From Clostridia bacterium (lineage in GTDB: Bacteria > Bacillota > Clostridia > Oscillospirales > CAG-272): DNA of 64,000 nucleotides. The position numbers were made by a program, and so were the translations under genes. The notes under the pieces were generated by a model. The model worked only from the letters and a program-made list of their open reading frames with translations. It did not search any database and was not told the DNA's origin. Below are positions 1 to 7,229 of the stretch, one piece after another (within the stretch, counting starts at the first letter, position 1; each line of letters starts with the position of its first letter). The stretch covers positions 17,428 through 81,427 of the forward strand of contig JAFTLE010000001.1 in the NCBI GenBank assembly GCA_017452895.1, written 5' to 3'.

Positions 1-41
1 ATATAGAAGGTGATCCTTCAAAAATTCCGTGATCCTCATGC

Positions 42-659
42 TTACTCCACAGCTAGATTTTTATAATATCCGACGATCGCCGTTACCGATTTGGTCGGCG
101 TCATCAAAAGGCTTTCATTCAGCGTTACACCGATATGCCGCGCAGGGTCGAGCAGGGCGAACAGATCGCTCTGTACCGAAAGCGGCAGATCGCCGTAGCC
201 CGCGCTAAAGCGCGAACGCAAAAGACAGCACGCCTTCGCTTTCTCCTGCTCCATCTGTGCAACGAAGGCGTCGCAAAGACTCTCGATGCGCTCGGCACCG
301 ATGGCTTGGAAGAAAAGCGCCTTGGTCGGCGAGAGGCTTGTGTAGCGCAAAATCAGGCGGTCGACCGCAATGCCGACGGTAGCGGCAAAGAGGATCGCCC
401 CGTGGCATCCCGAAAGAGTGCGGGAAAGGTCGTTCGATTTCACCGTCAGCCCGCCAAGCGAAACGGTGCCGCCGTCGGCGGATGCATCGGTCTCGCAGTA
501 GCAGACCTTGTAGACCAGTTTCCCCTTGATCTCATCAAGGCACTCGCGCAAAAGCGGCAGAAGCTCAGCACCGTCGCCGCGTACACCCGCGTACCGCAGG
601 ATCTCTTTTTCGTCAATCGGCGGCGCTTCGTAGCTTTTCGTGCAAACAAAGCTTGTCAT
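42..659 (-). CDS. Methionine synthase (MetH) activation-domain-like protein, stand-alone
   Basis: 205-aa ORF whose ATG overlaps the metF stop (ATGA). Size and composition recall the stand-alone B12-dependent methionine synthase reactivation domain often found beside metF/metH in Clostridia. Confidence 0.55.
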   Translation of the reverse strand: MTSFVCTKSYEAPPIDEKEILRYAGVRGDGAELLPLLRECLDEIKGKLVYKVCYCETDASADGGTVSLGGLTVKSNDLSRTLSGCHGAILFAATVGIAVDRLILRYTSLSPTKALFFQAIGAERIESLCDAFVAQMEQEKAKACCLLRSRFSAGYGDLPLSVQSDLFALLDPARHIGVTLNESLLMTPTKSVTAIVGYYKNLAVE

Positions 660-1534
660 TTTCCGAGAATGTCCGACAGATTTCTTTGAATTGCCGCCGC
701 AACGTCGGGCTTATTCATCGAATAGACGTGTACATTTTTGATGCCGTTGGCATACAGATCAATGATCTGATCGGTCGCGTAGACGATGCCCGCCTGCTTC
801 ATTGCGGCAGGGGTCGTCCCGAATTTGTCAACGAGCGCCTTGAAGCGTTGGGGCATAAAGGAGCCCGAGAGCTTGATCGCGCGCTCGACCTGATTGCCGT
901 TGGTGATCGGCATCACGCCGGGGATGATCGGTACGGTGATCCCCGCCTCGCGTATTTTGTAAAGAAAATTGTACAAAAGGTTGTTGTCAAAAAACATCTG
1001 CGTGGTCAGAAAGGAGCAACCCGCGTCCACCTTTTCCTTCAGGTGGCGGATATCCTCCTTCTGGTTTTCGCTCTCGGGATGCACCTCGGGATAGCAAGCA
1101 CCGCCGATGCAAAGTGCGGGGTCCGCCGCGTGCAGCTCGCGCACCAGCTCAACGGCGTGCAGATAATCCCAACCGCTGCGGTCGGCGTTTTCAAGCTCCT
1201 TCGGAATATCGCCGCGCAGCGCCATCACGTTCTCGATCCCTGCCGCCTTGATGTCGGCAATGCGCGCCCCCACGGTTTCGCGCGTGGAGGAAACGCAGGT
1301 CAGGTGTGCCAGCGTGGGTACGCCGTAGCGTTCCTTGATGTTTTTCGCAATGTCAAGCGTATATCGGCTGGTGCCACCGCCTGCACCGTAGGTCACGCTC
1401 ATAAACGAGGGGCGCAGACGGGCGATCTGTTCGGTCGCCTCCTTCACGCTCTCAAAGGCGGTGTCGTTCTTCGGCGGAAATACCTCGAAGGACAGGGAAA
1501 CCCCCTCTCCCTCAAACAGCTTCGTCAACTTCAT
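656..1534 (-). CDS. metF: 5,10-methylenetetrahydrofolate reductase
   Basis: 292 aa. N-terminus ..SFEVFPPK.. and ..SVTYGAGGGT.., ..LAHLTC.. are classic MTHFR motifs. Confidence 0.9.
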   Translation of the reverse strand: MKLTKLFEGEGVSLSFEVFPPKNDTAFESVKEATEQIARLRPSFMSVTYGAGGGTSRYTLDIAKNIKERYGVPTLAHLTCVSSTRETVGARIADIKAAGIENVMALRGDIPKELENADRSGWDYLHAVELVRELHAADPALCIGGACYPEVHPESENQKEDIRHLKEKVDAGCSFLTTQMFFDNNLLYNFLYKIREAGITVPIIPGVMPITNGNQVERAIKLSGSFMPQRFKALVDKFGTTPAAMKQAGIVYATDQIIDLYANGIKNVHVYSMNKPDVAAAIQRNLSDILGK

Positions 1535-2064
1535 AACTCTTCCTCTTTTCCGATTTTTTTAACGGGAAGCTCAAAAATTACCGTTTCAAGGATAACAGGA
1601 TCACCGTTTTCATCCTTTCGGAGAGAAAGCGGTATCCGTTCCTTTTCGCAAAAGCCAAACCGATTCAAAAGCCTTTTGGACGGCAGATTCTCGCTTGCGC
1701 TCATCGCGGTGAAGCGCAAAACGGGCTCGGTCCTTGCCACATATACGAGCGCCGCCGCAAGTGCCTCGCCCGCGTAGCCACAACCCTGATGCTCTGAATG
1801 GATCAGATAGCTGACGTCGTACGCCCCATCCTCCTCGCAAAAGCAAATATAGCCGATCATTTTGCGACCCAGCAGTACGGCGAAAAAGAGATGCGTGTCA
1901 ACGAATTGCCGCGTGAGACTTCTGATGCCGCGCCGATCCTTCGGCCACGGAAGATCGTACGCCGCGTAGGGTGATGCGCTGAAATCGGCATCCAGCCGTA
2001 AAAGGCGGCGCCAATCACCCATTTTCAGTCGGCGGAGCGATAGCCGTTCGGTTCTGATGCGCAT
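1531..2064 (-). CDS. GNAT family N-acetyltransferase
   Basis: Trimmed to MRIRTERLSLRRL.. (177 aa). It has the RimJ/RimL-like TERL.LR start and a Q/HxGxGYA acetyl-CoA motif (HQGCGYAGEA). The longer 248-aa ORF N-terminus is Arg/Cys-rich junk. Confidence 0.8.
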   Translation of the reverse strand: MRIRTERLSLRRLKMGDWRRLLRLDADFSASPYAAYDLPWPKDRRGIRSLTRQFVDTHLFFAVLLGRKMIGYICFCEEDGAYDVSYLIHSEHQGCGYAGEALAAALVYVARTEPVLRFTAMSASENLPSKRLLNRFGFCEKERIPLSLRKDENGDPVILETVIFELPVKKIGKEEEL

Positions 2065-2540
2065 CACGCCCCGAGCTCCTCGGAGCAGATCGGAACGTAA
2101 TGCACATTGGCAACGCAGTCGGTGTGGAACCACTGCGCAAAGGTAAAGCTCTGCGCGGGCAGAGCGAAGGGCTTGACGGTGAGGGTGTATGTAAGCTCCT
2201 CGATCTTGTCGCCCTCGGTAACCGTGATCGCAATCGGGTAAACACCCGCCGCAAGCGTCAGGTAGTAATCGTCGCACCAGCCCTCGCCGGGATATGCGGA
2301 CAGCTCCGACGGCACGTAGCCAACGCGCGAAAGCGTAATATATTCCGACAGCGCGGAGTCGACCGTTACTTCATAGTCACACTGTGAATAATGCGTGCTG
2401 ACCATACGGCGCATTGCAAGCTGAAAACAGGTCTCCTGTCCTGCCGCCGACACAGTCTCCTTCTCCTCTCCGCCGTAGTTGCGGTCGGGAAAGACCTTCG
2501 CAAGTGAGGATAGCATTTTTATTTCAAGATCGGGATTCAT
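2064..2540 (-). pseudogene. Remnant of a DUF4091 (GH123-like) protein gene: N-terminal region only
   Basis: 158 aa. It starts like DUF4091 proteins (..KMLSSLAKVFPD..) and ends ..FAQWFHTDCVANVHYVPICSEE.., where full-length homologs (~500+ aa) continue into the catalytic domain. The stop overlaps the GNAT start (TGATG). Confidence 0.45.
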
Positions 2541-2620
2541 TTTTATTTCCTTACATTGAATGTATTAATCTTAATATAACACAAACCGAAGTAAAATGCA
2601 AGGTTTTTTCGTTTTTTCCT

Positions 2621-2663
2621 CCCCAAAACAAAACACCGCTTGTAAACAAAGGTTTACAAGCGG
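2621..2663 (-). terminator. Rho-independent terminator downstream of the cotJC 3' segment
   Basis: 12-bp perfect stem ccgcttgtaaac/gtttacaagcgg (2636..2663), followed on the minus strand by tgttttgtttt. Confidence 0.7.
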
Positions 2664-2674
2664 CTTTGCGGAGT

Positions 2675-2881
2675 TTATTTTAAGGGACAGACCTTGTCGT
2701 AAGCGGGATTGCAGGCGTAGAAATTTTTGGAGTTCAGCTTGTCGGTCGTCATACGCAACGCCTCGCCGAAGCGTTGGTAGTGTACGACCTCGCGCTGGCG
2801 CAGAAACTTCAGCACGTCACGCACGTCGGGGTCGTCAACGAGGCGCAAAAGGTTGTCGTAGGTCGTGCGCGCCTTTTGCTC
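2675..2881 (-). pseudogene. cotJC: cotJC 3' segment (C-terminal 68 codons of the split spore coat Mn-catalase-family gene)
   Basis: Translation EQKARTTYDNLLRLVDDPDVRDVLKFLRQREVVHYQRFGEAL.. aligns with B. subtilis CotJC ..EEKARATYQWLIDISDDPDLNDSLRFLREREIVH... There is no RBS or native start; the track ORF begins at an in-frame GTG inside element DNA. Confidence 0.85.
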
Positions 2882-2915
2882 TGTTACTATCACGTATTCG
2901 CAACAAAATTGAGTC

Positions 2916-2956
2916 TTGCAAAAGTGCGAAAATCCTTATTTACAAGGCGTTTTGCA
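2916..2956 (+). repeat. Left copy of a ~42-bp imperfect direct repeat found inside both element ends
   Basis: ttgcaaaagtgcgaaaatccttatttacaaggcgttttgca versus 10510..10551 ttgccaaagtgtaaaaatccttattgcacaagaggtttcgca. About 34 of 42 aligned columns are identical by hand count, in the same orientation. Confidence 0.6.
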
Positions 2957-3080
2957 GTTCATACCGAGAAAAAATTTCGGGTACAAGGCGCACCGCAGAA
3001 AGTAAGACGAAGGCGTAGTAATCTACGTCGAGCCGCTTTCAAGGAGCAACGCCGTAAACGAAAGAATTTTCGACGGTATG

Positions 3081-4640
3081 TCAGAAATTCCAATGAATTT
3101 CGATGGGCACGTTTCGCGTCCCCGGAATGCGCTTTCCGACCATGATTTTGTCGATCAAAATTTCTACCATTTCCCGTGTCAAATGCTCTACCTTGACGTA
3201 TTTTTCGATCAGCTCACGGCGGTTGTCTCCCACGGCAATTTTGACGTCGATCTCGGCCATTTGCCTTTGGCATTCGAGCACCTGCGCTTCAAGGCGTTCC
3301 TTTTGCGCGGTGAAGTCCTTCGACAATTCAATGAAATCCGCTTCGCAAATCAGCCCCTTGACCTTGTCAAGATAGAGGTCGCGCACACCCTTGGAAAATT
3401 GATTGATCTTGCCTTGATAGGTGGCAATTTCGGCTTCAATTTCTTGCTTTTGCGCCAAGAGATCGGTGTTAAATTGCACTTTGCGCTCCAGCTCATCCAT
3501 ATCAAGATACTCGGCATTGAGTCGCCTCAGCTCTGCAATGACCATCCATTTAAGCCTATCCACCGAGATAAACGCACCCTCGCAGGCTCCCTTGGCGTAG
3601 TGTCGGCTGGGGCACCCGAGAAAGTGTCTGCCGCCCGATTTTGACGAGCGCATGACGTATCCGCAGGACGCGCACCGTACCTTCTTGGCAAATAGCCCGA
3701 TGGTACCGACCTTAAGCGGCTTGGCTCGCTCGGCAATCATCTTCTGCACTCTGTCCCACAAAGCGCGGTCAATAATCGGCTCATGGGTGCCCTCTACCCG
3801 AAACCATTGTTCTTGGGGTCGTGGGCGGTTGATACCGCTCTTGTACGAGATGCTTCCATACTTGCCTTGCACCAGATTGCCGATATAGGTCTCGTTTTTC
3901 AGCATATCCGAGATTGCAAAGTACTTCCACAGCGTGCTATTCTTGCTTGGTGGCAGACTAAAGCGTAGCCCCTGCATCCGCTTGTACTCGGTGGGATTGG
4001 GGATTCCTCGGTCGTTGAGCATTCGTGCGATTGCCGTCTTGCCGTAGCCCTGCGAAAAGAGGGTAAATACCTCTCGCACCACGGCAGCGGCTTCCTCGTC
4101 AATGATCAAGTGACCTTTGAGGTCGGGATCCTTCTTGTAGCCGTACAGCGCAAACGAGCCGATATGAAAGCCGTTTTTGCGGCGGCTGTCAAGGGCGGAT
4201 TTGATGCTGTCAGACATATCCTCCAGATACCACTCGTTGACAAGTCCATTGATCTGACGGCTTTTTTTGTTGCCCTTGTTGGCGGTATCGGCGTTGTCCA
4301 CAATGCTGACAAAGCGAATGCCCCAGATGGGAAACAGACCGTGTATGTATCGCTCTACCAATTCAAGCTCACGGGTGAAACGCGATTGCGTTTTACACAA
4401 AATAATATCAAATTTTCTCGCCTGCGCGTCGGCAAGCAGGCGTTTGAACTCGGGGCGATTGCGGTCCGAGCCCGCGTAATCGTCGTCGCTGTAAATGCCG
4501 TAAAGCTCCCAGCCCATGCGTTCGGCGTAGTCGCGGAGCATCGCCTTTTGATTCTGAATACTGCCCGAATCGTCTGTTGCGTTCTGCTTGTTTTTGTCCT
4601 CCTCGGACAGTCTGCAATAGATTGCTGCTTTGTCTCTCAT
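3081..4640 (-). CDS. Large serine recombinase (resolvase/invertase N-domain + recombinase/zinc-ribbon + DUF4368-like coiled-coil C-terminus)
   Basis: Trimmed to MRDKAAIYCRLSEEDK.. (the catalytic-Ser motif YxRxS of serine recombinases). It has ..CKTQSRFTR.., a CxxC..C..C zinc ribbon (CASCGYVM..GCPSRH..C) and a tail ..IPIEIHWNF typical of DUF4368 recombinases. A GAGG RBS lies upstream of this ATG. Confidence 0.9.
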   Translation of the reverse strand: MRDKAAIYCRLSEEDKNKQNATDDSGSIQNQKAMLRDYAERMGWELYGIYSDDDYAGSDRNRPEFKRLLADAQARKFDIILCKTQSRFTRELELVERYIHGLFPIWGIRFVSIVDNADTANKGNKKSRQINGLVNEWYLEDMSDSIKSALDSRRKNGFHIGSFALYGYKKDPDLKGHLIIDEEAAAVVREVFTLFSQGYGKTAIARMLNDRGIPNPTEYKRMQGLRFSLPPSKNSTLWKYFAISDMLKNETYIGNLVQGKYGSISYKSGINRPRPQEQWFRVEGTHEPIIDRALWDRVQKMIAERAKPLKVGTIGLFAKKVRCASCGYVMRSSKSGGRHFLGCPSRHYAKGACEGAFISVDRLKWMVIAELRRLNAEYLDMDELERKVQFNTDLLAQKQEIEAEIATYQGKINQFSKGVRDLYLDKVKGLICEADFIELSKDFTAQKERLEAQVLECQRQMAEIDVKIAVGDNRRELIEKYVKVEHLTREMVEILIDKIMVGKRIPGTRNVPIEIHWNF

Positions 4641-4659
4641 ACACGGCCGCCTCTGTTTT

Positions 4660-4821
4660 TCATTGACCCGAAGAAAGATTTGCACTTTTTCTGCGTTCCA
4701 ACGCGGTGATCAATTCTATCCATATATGTGTGTAATCCTCCTTCGTCAAAGCTCCGTTTTTGAAAACACCGGTACAGCCTTCTTCTTTTCTATCATTGTT
4801 CTCGCCTTTTTCTTTCGCCAT
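4660..4821 (-). CDS. Small hypothetical protein (53 aa) directly upstream of the recombinase; candidate accessory/directionality factor
   Basis: Hand-translated: MAKEKGENNDRKEEGCTGVFKNGALTKEDYTHIWIELITALERRKSANLSSGQ*. An AGGTAGGA RBS lies 5 nt upstream. The stop is 19 nt before the recombinase ATG. The ORF is below the ORF-track size cutoff. Confidence 0.4.
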   Translation of the reverse strand: MAKEKGENNDRKEEGCTGVFKNGALTKEDYTHIWIELITALERRKSANLSSGQ

Positions 4822-4848
4822 AGCATTCCTACCTTCGTTTTTGAAATA

Positions 4849-4878
4849 ATTATATGAAAATCATCAAGTCCGTTATGA
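4849..4878 (-). promoter_or_regulatory. Candidate sigma-E-like (mother-cell) promoter for the small ORF-recombinase operon
   Basis: Minus strand reads TCATAAC-N15-CATATAAT, versus the recalled sigma-E consensus ZHATAXX-N14-CATACAHT (6/7 and 7/8 matches). Confidence 0.35.
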
Positions 4879-4940
4879 GCTTTTTGCTCCTTCACCTATA
4901 AATACGCTCGGGGGCTGCAAAATTTTGATTTTTTAAACAT

Positions 4941-4990
4941 TATAAAAACGCACTCTGTCGGCGGTGAAATTCCGCTTTCAAAGTGCGTTT
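4941..4990 (-). terminator. Rho-independent terminator after the FAD/Rieske oxidoreductase gene
   Basis: Minus strand: aaacgcact..(inner gcgg/ccgc hairpin)..agtgcgttttta. Confidence 0.55.
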
Positions 4991-4995
4991 GGGGC

Positions 4996-6294
4996 TTACA
5001 TCTTCTTGTCATCGGTGGCGGGGTTGTTGATGAGCTTGCCCTCTTCGGTGAAGCGCGAGCCGTGACAGGGGCAATCCCAAGTGTGCTCGGCATTGTTGTA
5101 TTTGAGGGCACAGCCGAGATGAGGGCAACGGGGCGCGGTGGGGGTGAGAATCCCTACTACCGAGTCAAAGGCGTTGACGGCAAGCTGTGGGCGCAAAACG
5201 GTGCGCGAAGGATCGAAAACGGCGGCGTAGAGGTTTGACTTGCCTTGCACAAGGTCGCAGAGAATGTCGGCGGAGACCATGGCGTTGGTCATACCCCATT
5301 TGTTAAAGCCGGTTGCCACGAACACATTAGAAGTGGATTTTGCGTACTGCCCGATATAGGGAATATCGTCGAGCGTCATACAGTCCTGCGTTGCCCATTT
5401 GCCCACGATCTCGGCGTTTTTGTAGTGCTTATGGGCGAAGTCTTCAAGCTCCTGCCAACAGCCGCCCCTCTTACCCGTGCGGTGTCCGCCGCCGCCGAGG
5501 AGCAGAAGATCGCCGTAGCTTCGGAAGGATAGCCCCGTGTCCGATTCATCCACATACATTCCGTTCACGTTCTGTGCACCTTTCAATGCTATGACATAGG
5601 AACGGTGCTGATAAAGTTTGAGAAAGTACAAGCCGTGCTTGTTCAGCATTGGAAAATGGGTGGCAATAATCAGCTTTTTGAAGGTGATCTCTCCGTGATT
5701 TGTTTTTGCCTTGTGCGGCATCAGCTCGACGACCTTTGTATGCTCATAAATGGGTAAATCTTTGGCGATCGCATATAGGAACTTCAACGGATGAAGCTGT
5801 GCTTGATCCTCGATACACACCGCGCCTGCGACCGGAAAGGTCAGCTCATGAGCGTCCGAAAAATCAGCTTTCACGCCGATTCGATTCAGTGCGGCAACCT
5901 CTTTTTCAATCTTCTTACGATCACTGAGAGAATAGACGTAGTTATCCCGCATTTCATAGTCGCAATCTATATCCCTGCAAAGTCGGGCGTATTCCTTGCC
6001 CGCTTTTTTCTGCGCCTCCGCGTAAAGCCGCGCCTTGTCCTCGCCGAAGCGTTTTATCATCTTATCGTAAATCAATCCGTGCCCGAGCGTAATCTTTGCC
6101 GTGGTGTTTTTCGTAATGCCGGCGCAGATCTCGTCTGCCTCCACCAACATACAATCCACACCGGCGTTTTTCAGCTTATAAGCGCATAAAATCCCCGCAA
6201 TCCCGCCGCCGACAATCAAAATATCGGTCTTTTTATTCCTACCAAGCGCATCAAAATGCGGCTTATCCGCCGTTTTTAACCATATTGAGTCCAT
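4996..6294 (-). CDS. FAD-dependent oxidoreductase with C-terminal Rieske [2Fe-2S] domain
   Basis: Trimmed to MDSIWLK.. (GGAGG RBS). It has the dinucleotide-binding motif DILIVGGGIAGILCA and the Rieske motif CPHLGC..(17)..CPCHGS at the C-terminus. Confidence 0.8.
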   Translation of the reverse strand: MDSIWLKTADKPHFDALGRNKKTDILIVGGGIAGILCAYKLKNAGVDCMLVEADEICAGITKNTTAKITLGHGLIYDKMIKRFGEDKARLYAEAQKKAGKEYARLCRDIDCDYEMRDNYVYSLSDRKKIEKEVAALNRIGVKADFSDAHELTFPVAGAVCIEDQAQLHPLKFLYAIAKDLPIYEHTKVVELMPHKAKTNHGEITFKKLIIATHFPMLNKHGLYFLKLYQHRSYVIALKGAQNVNGMYVDESDTGLSFRSYGDLLLLGGGGHRTGKRGGCWQELEDFAHKHYKNAEIVGKWATQDCMTLDDIPYIGQYAKSTSNVFVATGFNKWGMTNAMVSADILCDLVQGKSNLYAAVFDPSRTVLRPQLAVNAFDSVVGILTPTAPRCPHLGCALKYNNAEHTWDCPCHGSRFTEEGKLINNPATDDKKM

Positions 6295-6472
6295 ATTTGT
6301 CCTCCAAATCTTAATAGGATTAGTTTTTGCGGATTCACACCTAAACATACCGTTTATTAAAAAAATCGGCTGGTATTTTAATTCGTCGTTTCATATAATT
6401 TTATACCTTCGGCAATATATTTTCCCTCATCTTGGGAAACAATAACGGTGAATACAAAAATCGGAGGTATCT

Positions 6473-7135
6473 ATGTTCAAACACGAAAAAATGCTATTTC
6501 ATCCCGTAGAGGTCGAAAGAGCAAATCCGCAGTATGCCGTTTTGCTTCAGGAGCAGCTTGGCGGCGGGAACGGCGAGCTCAAGGCGGCAATGCAGTATAT
6601 GTCGCAGAGCTTCCGCATTAAAGATCCCGAAATAAAGGATTTGTTCCTCGATATAGCTGCCGAGGAGCTGGGGCATATGGAAATGGTGGCACAGACCATC
6701 AACCTGCTCAACGGTCACGATGTCGATGCAACCAAGGTACAGGCGGGCGAGGTGCAGACCCACGTGCTGCTTGGTCTGAATCCCGGACTGATCAATTCCT
6801 CTGGGTACTCTTGGACGGCGGATTACGTGACCGTCACGGGTGACCTGTGTGCCGATCTGCTCTCCAATATCGCGTCCGAGCAGAGAGCCAAGGTGGTTTA
6901 CGAATATCTCTACCGTCAGATTGAGGACAAGAAGGTCAGAGAGACCATTGATTTTCTTCTCAACCGTGAGGAAGCGCACAATCAGATGTTCCGTGACGCC
7001 TTCAACAAGGTGCAGGAAACGGGATCAAACCGTGATTTCGGTACGACCAAGGCAGCAAAGATGTATTTTTCCTTGTCAAATCCCGGACCGAATACGTTTG
7101 CAACGGGCGAGACACATGCACCGTCCTTTAAGTAA
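6473..7135 (+). CDS. Manganese catalase family protein (complete, 220 aa)
   Basis: ..GGGNGELKAAMQYMSQ.., ..AAEELGHMEMV.., ..NIASEQRAKVVYEYL.., ..REEAHNQMF.. are the four-helix di-Mn ligand motifs. A GGAGG RBS is present. Confidence 0.85.
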   Translation: MFKHEKMLFHPVEVERANPQYAVLLQEQLGGGNGELKAAMQYMSQSFRIKDPEIKDLFLDIAAEELGHMEMVAQTINLLNGHDVDATKVQAGEVQTHVLLGLNPGLINSSGYSWTADYVTVTGDLCADLLSNIASEQRAKVVYEYLYRQIEDKKVRETIDFLLNREEAHNQMFRDAFNKVQETGSNRDFGTTKAAKMYFSLSNPGPNTFATGETHAPSFK

Positions 7136-7142
7136 GCTTGAG

Positions 7143-7175
7143 AAAAATCACCGTCAATTATTTGGCGGTGATTTT
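7143..7175 (+). terminator. Rho-independent terminator after the Mn catalase gene
   Basis: aaatcaccg-N12-cggtgatttt. Confidence 0.55.
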
Positions 7176-7229
7176 ACATATTGCTGCTTGGGTATTCTTT
7201 GAATGAAAAATTAAAGTAACGAGGTATTT

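Noticed and set aside
2596-3145. Plus-strand ORFs (140 and 123 aa) crossing the left element junction
   Set aside because: They are extremely Arg/Lys-rich, antisense to the cotJC 3' segment and to the recombinase 3' end, and have no RBS. They were considered as possible element-end genes but are not credible.
6391-6406. Possible PerR/Fur-type box (catataattttatacc) between the oxidoreductase and catalase genes
   Set aside because: It is only a partial match to the 7-1-7 TTATAAT-N-ATTATAA pattern in an AT-rich region, so it cannot be distinguished from promoter -10-like sequence by eye.
6473-7135. Idea that the element-borne catalase is the displaced remainder of cotJC
   Set aside because: It is a complete, self-contained Mn catalase on the opposite strand. 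The true CotJC C-terminus is at 2675..2881.
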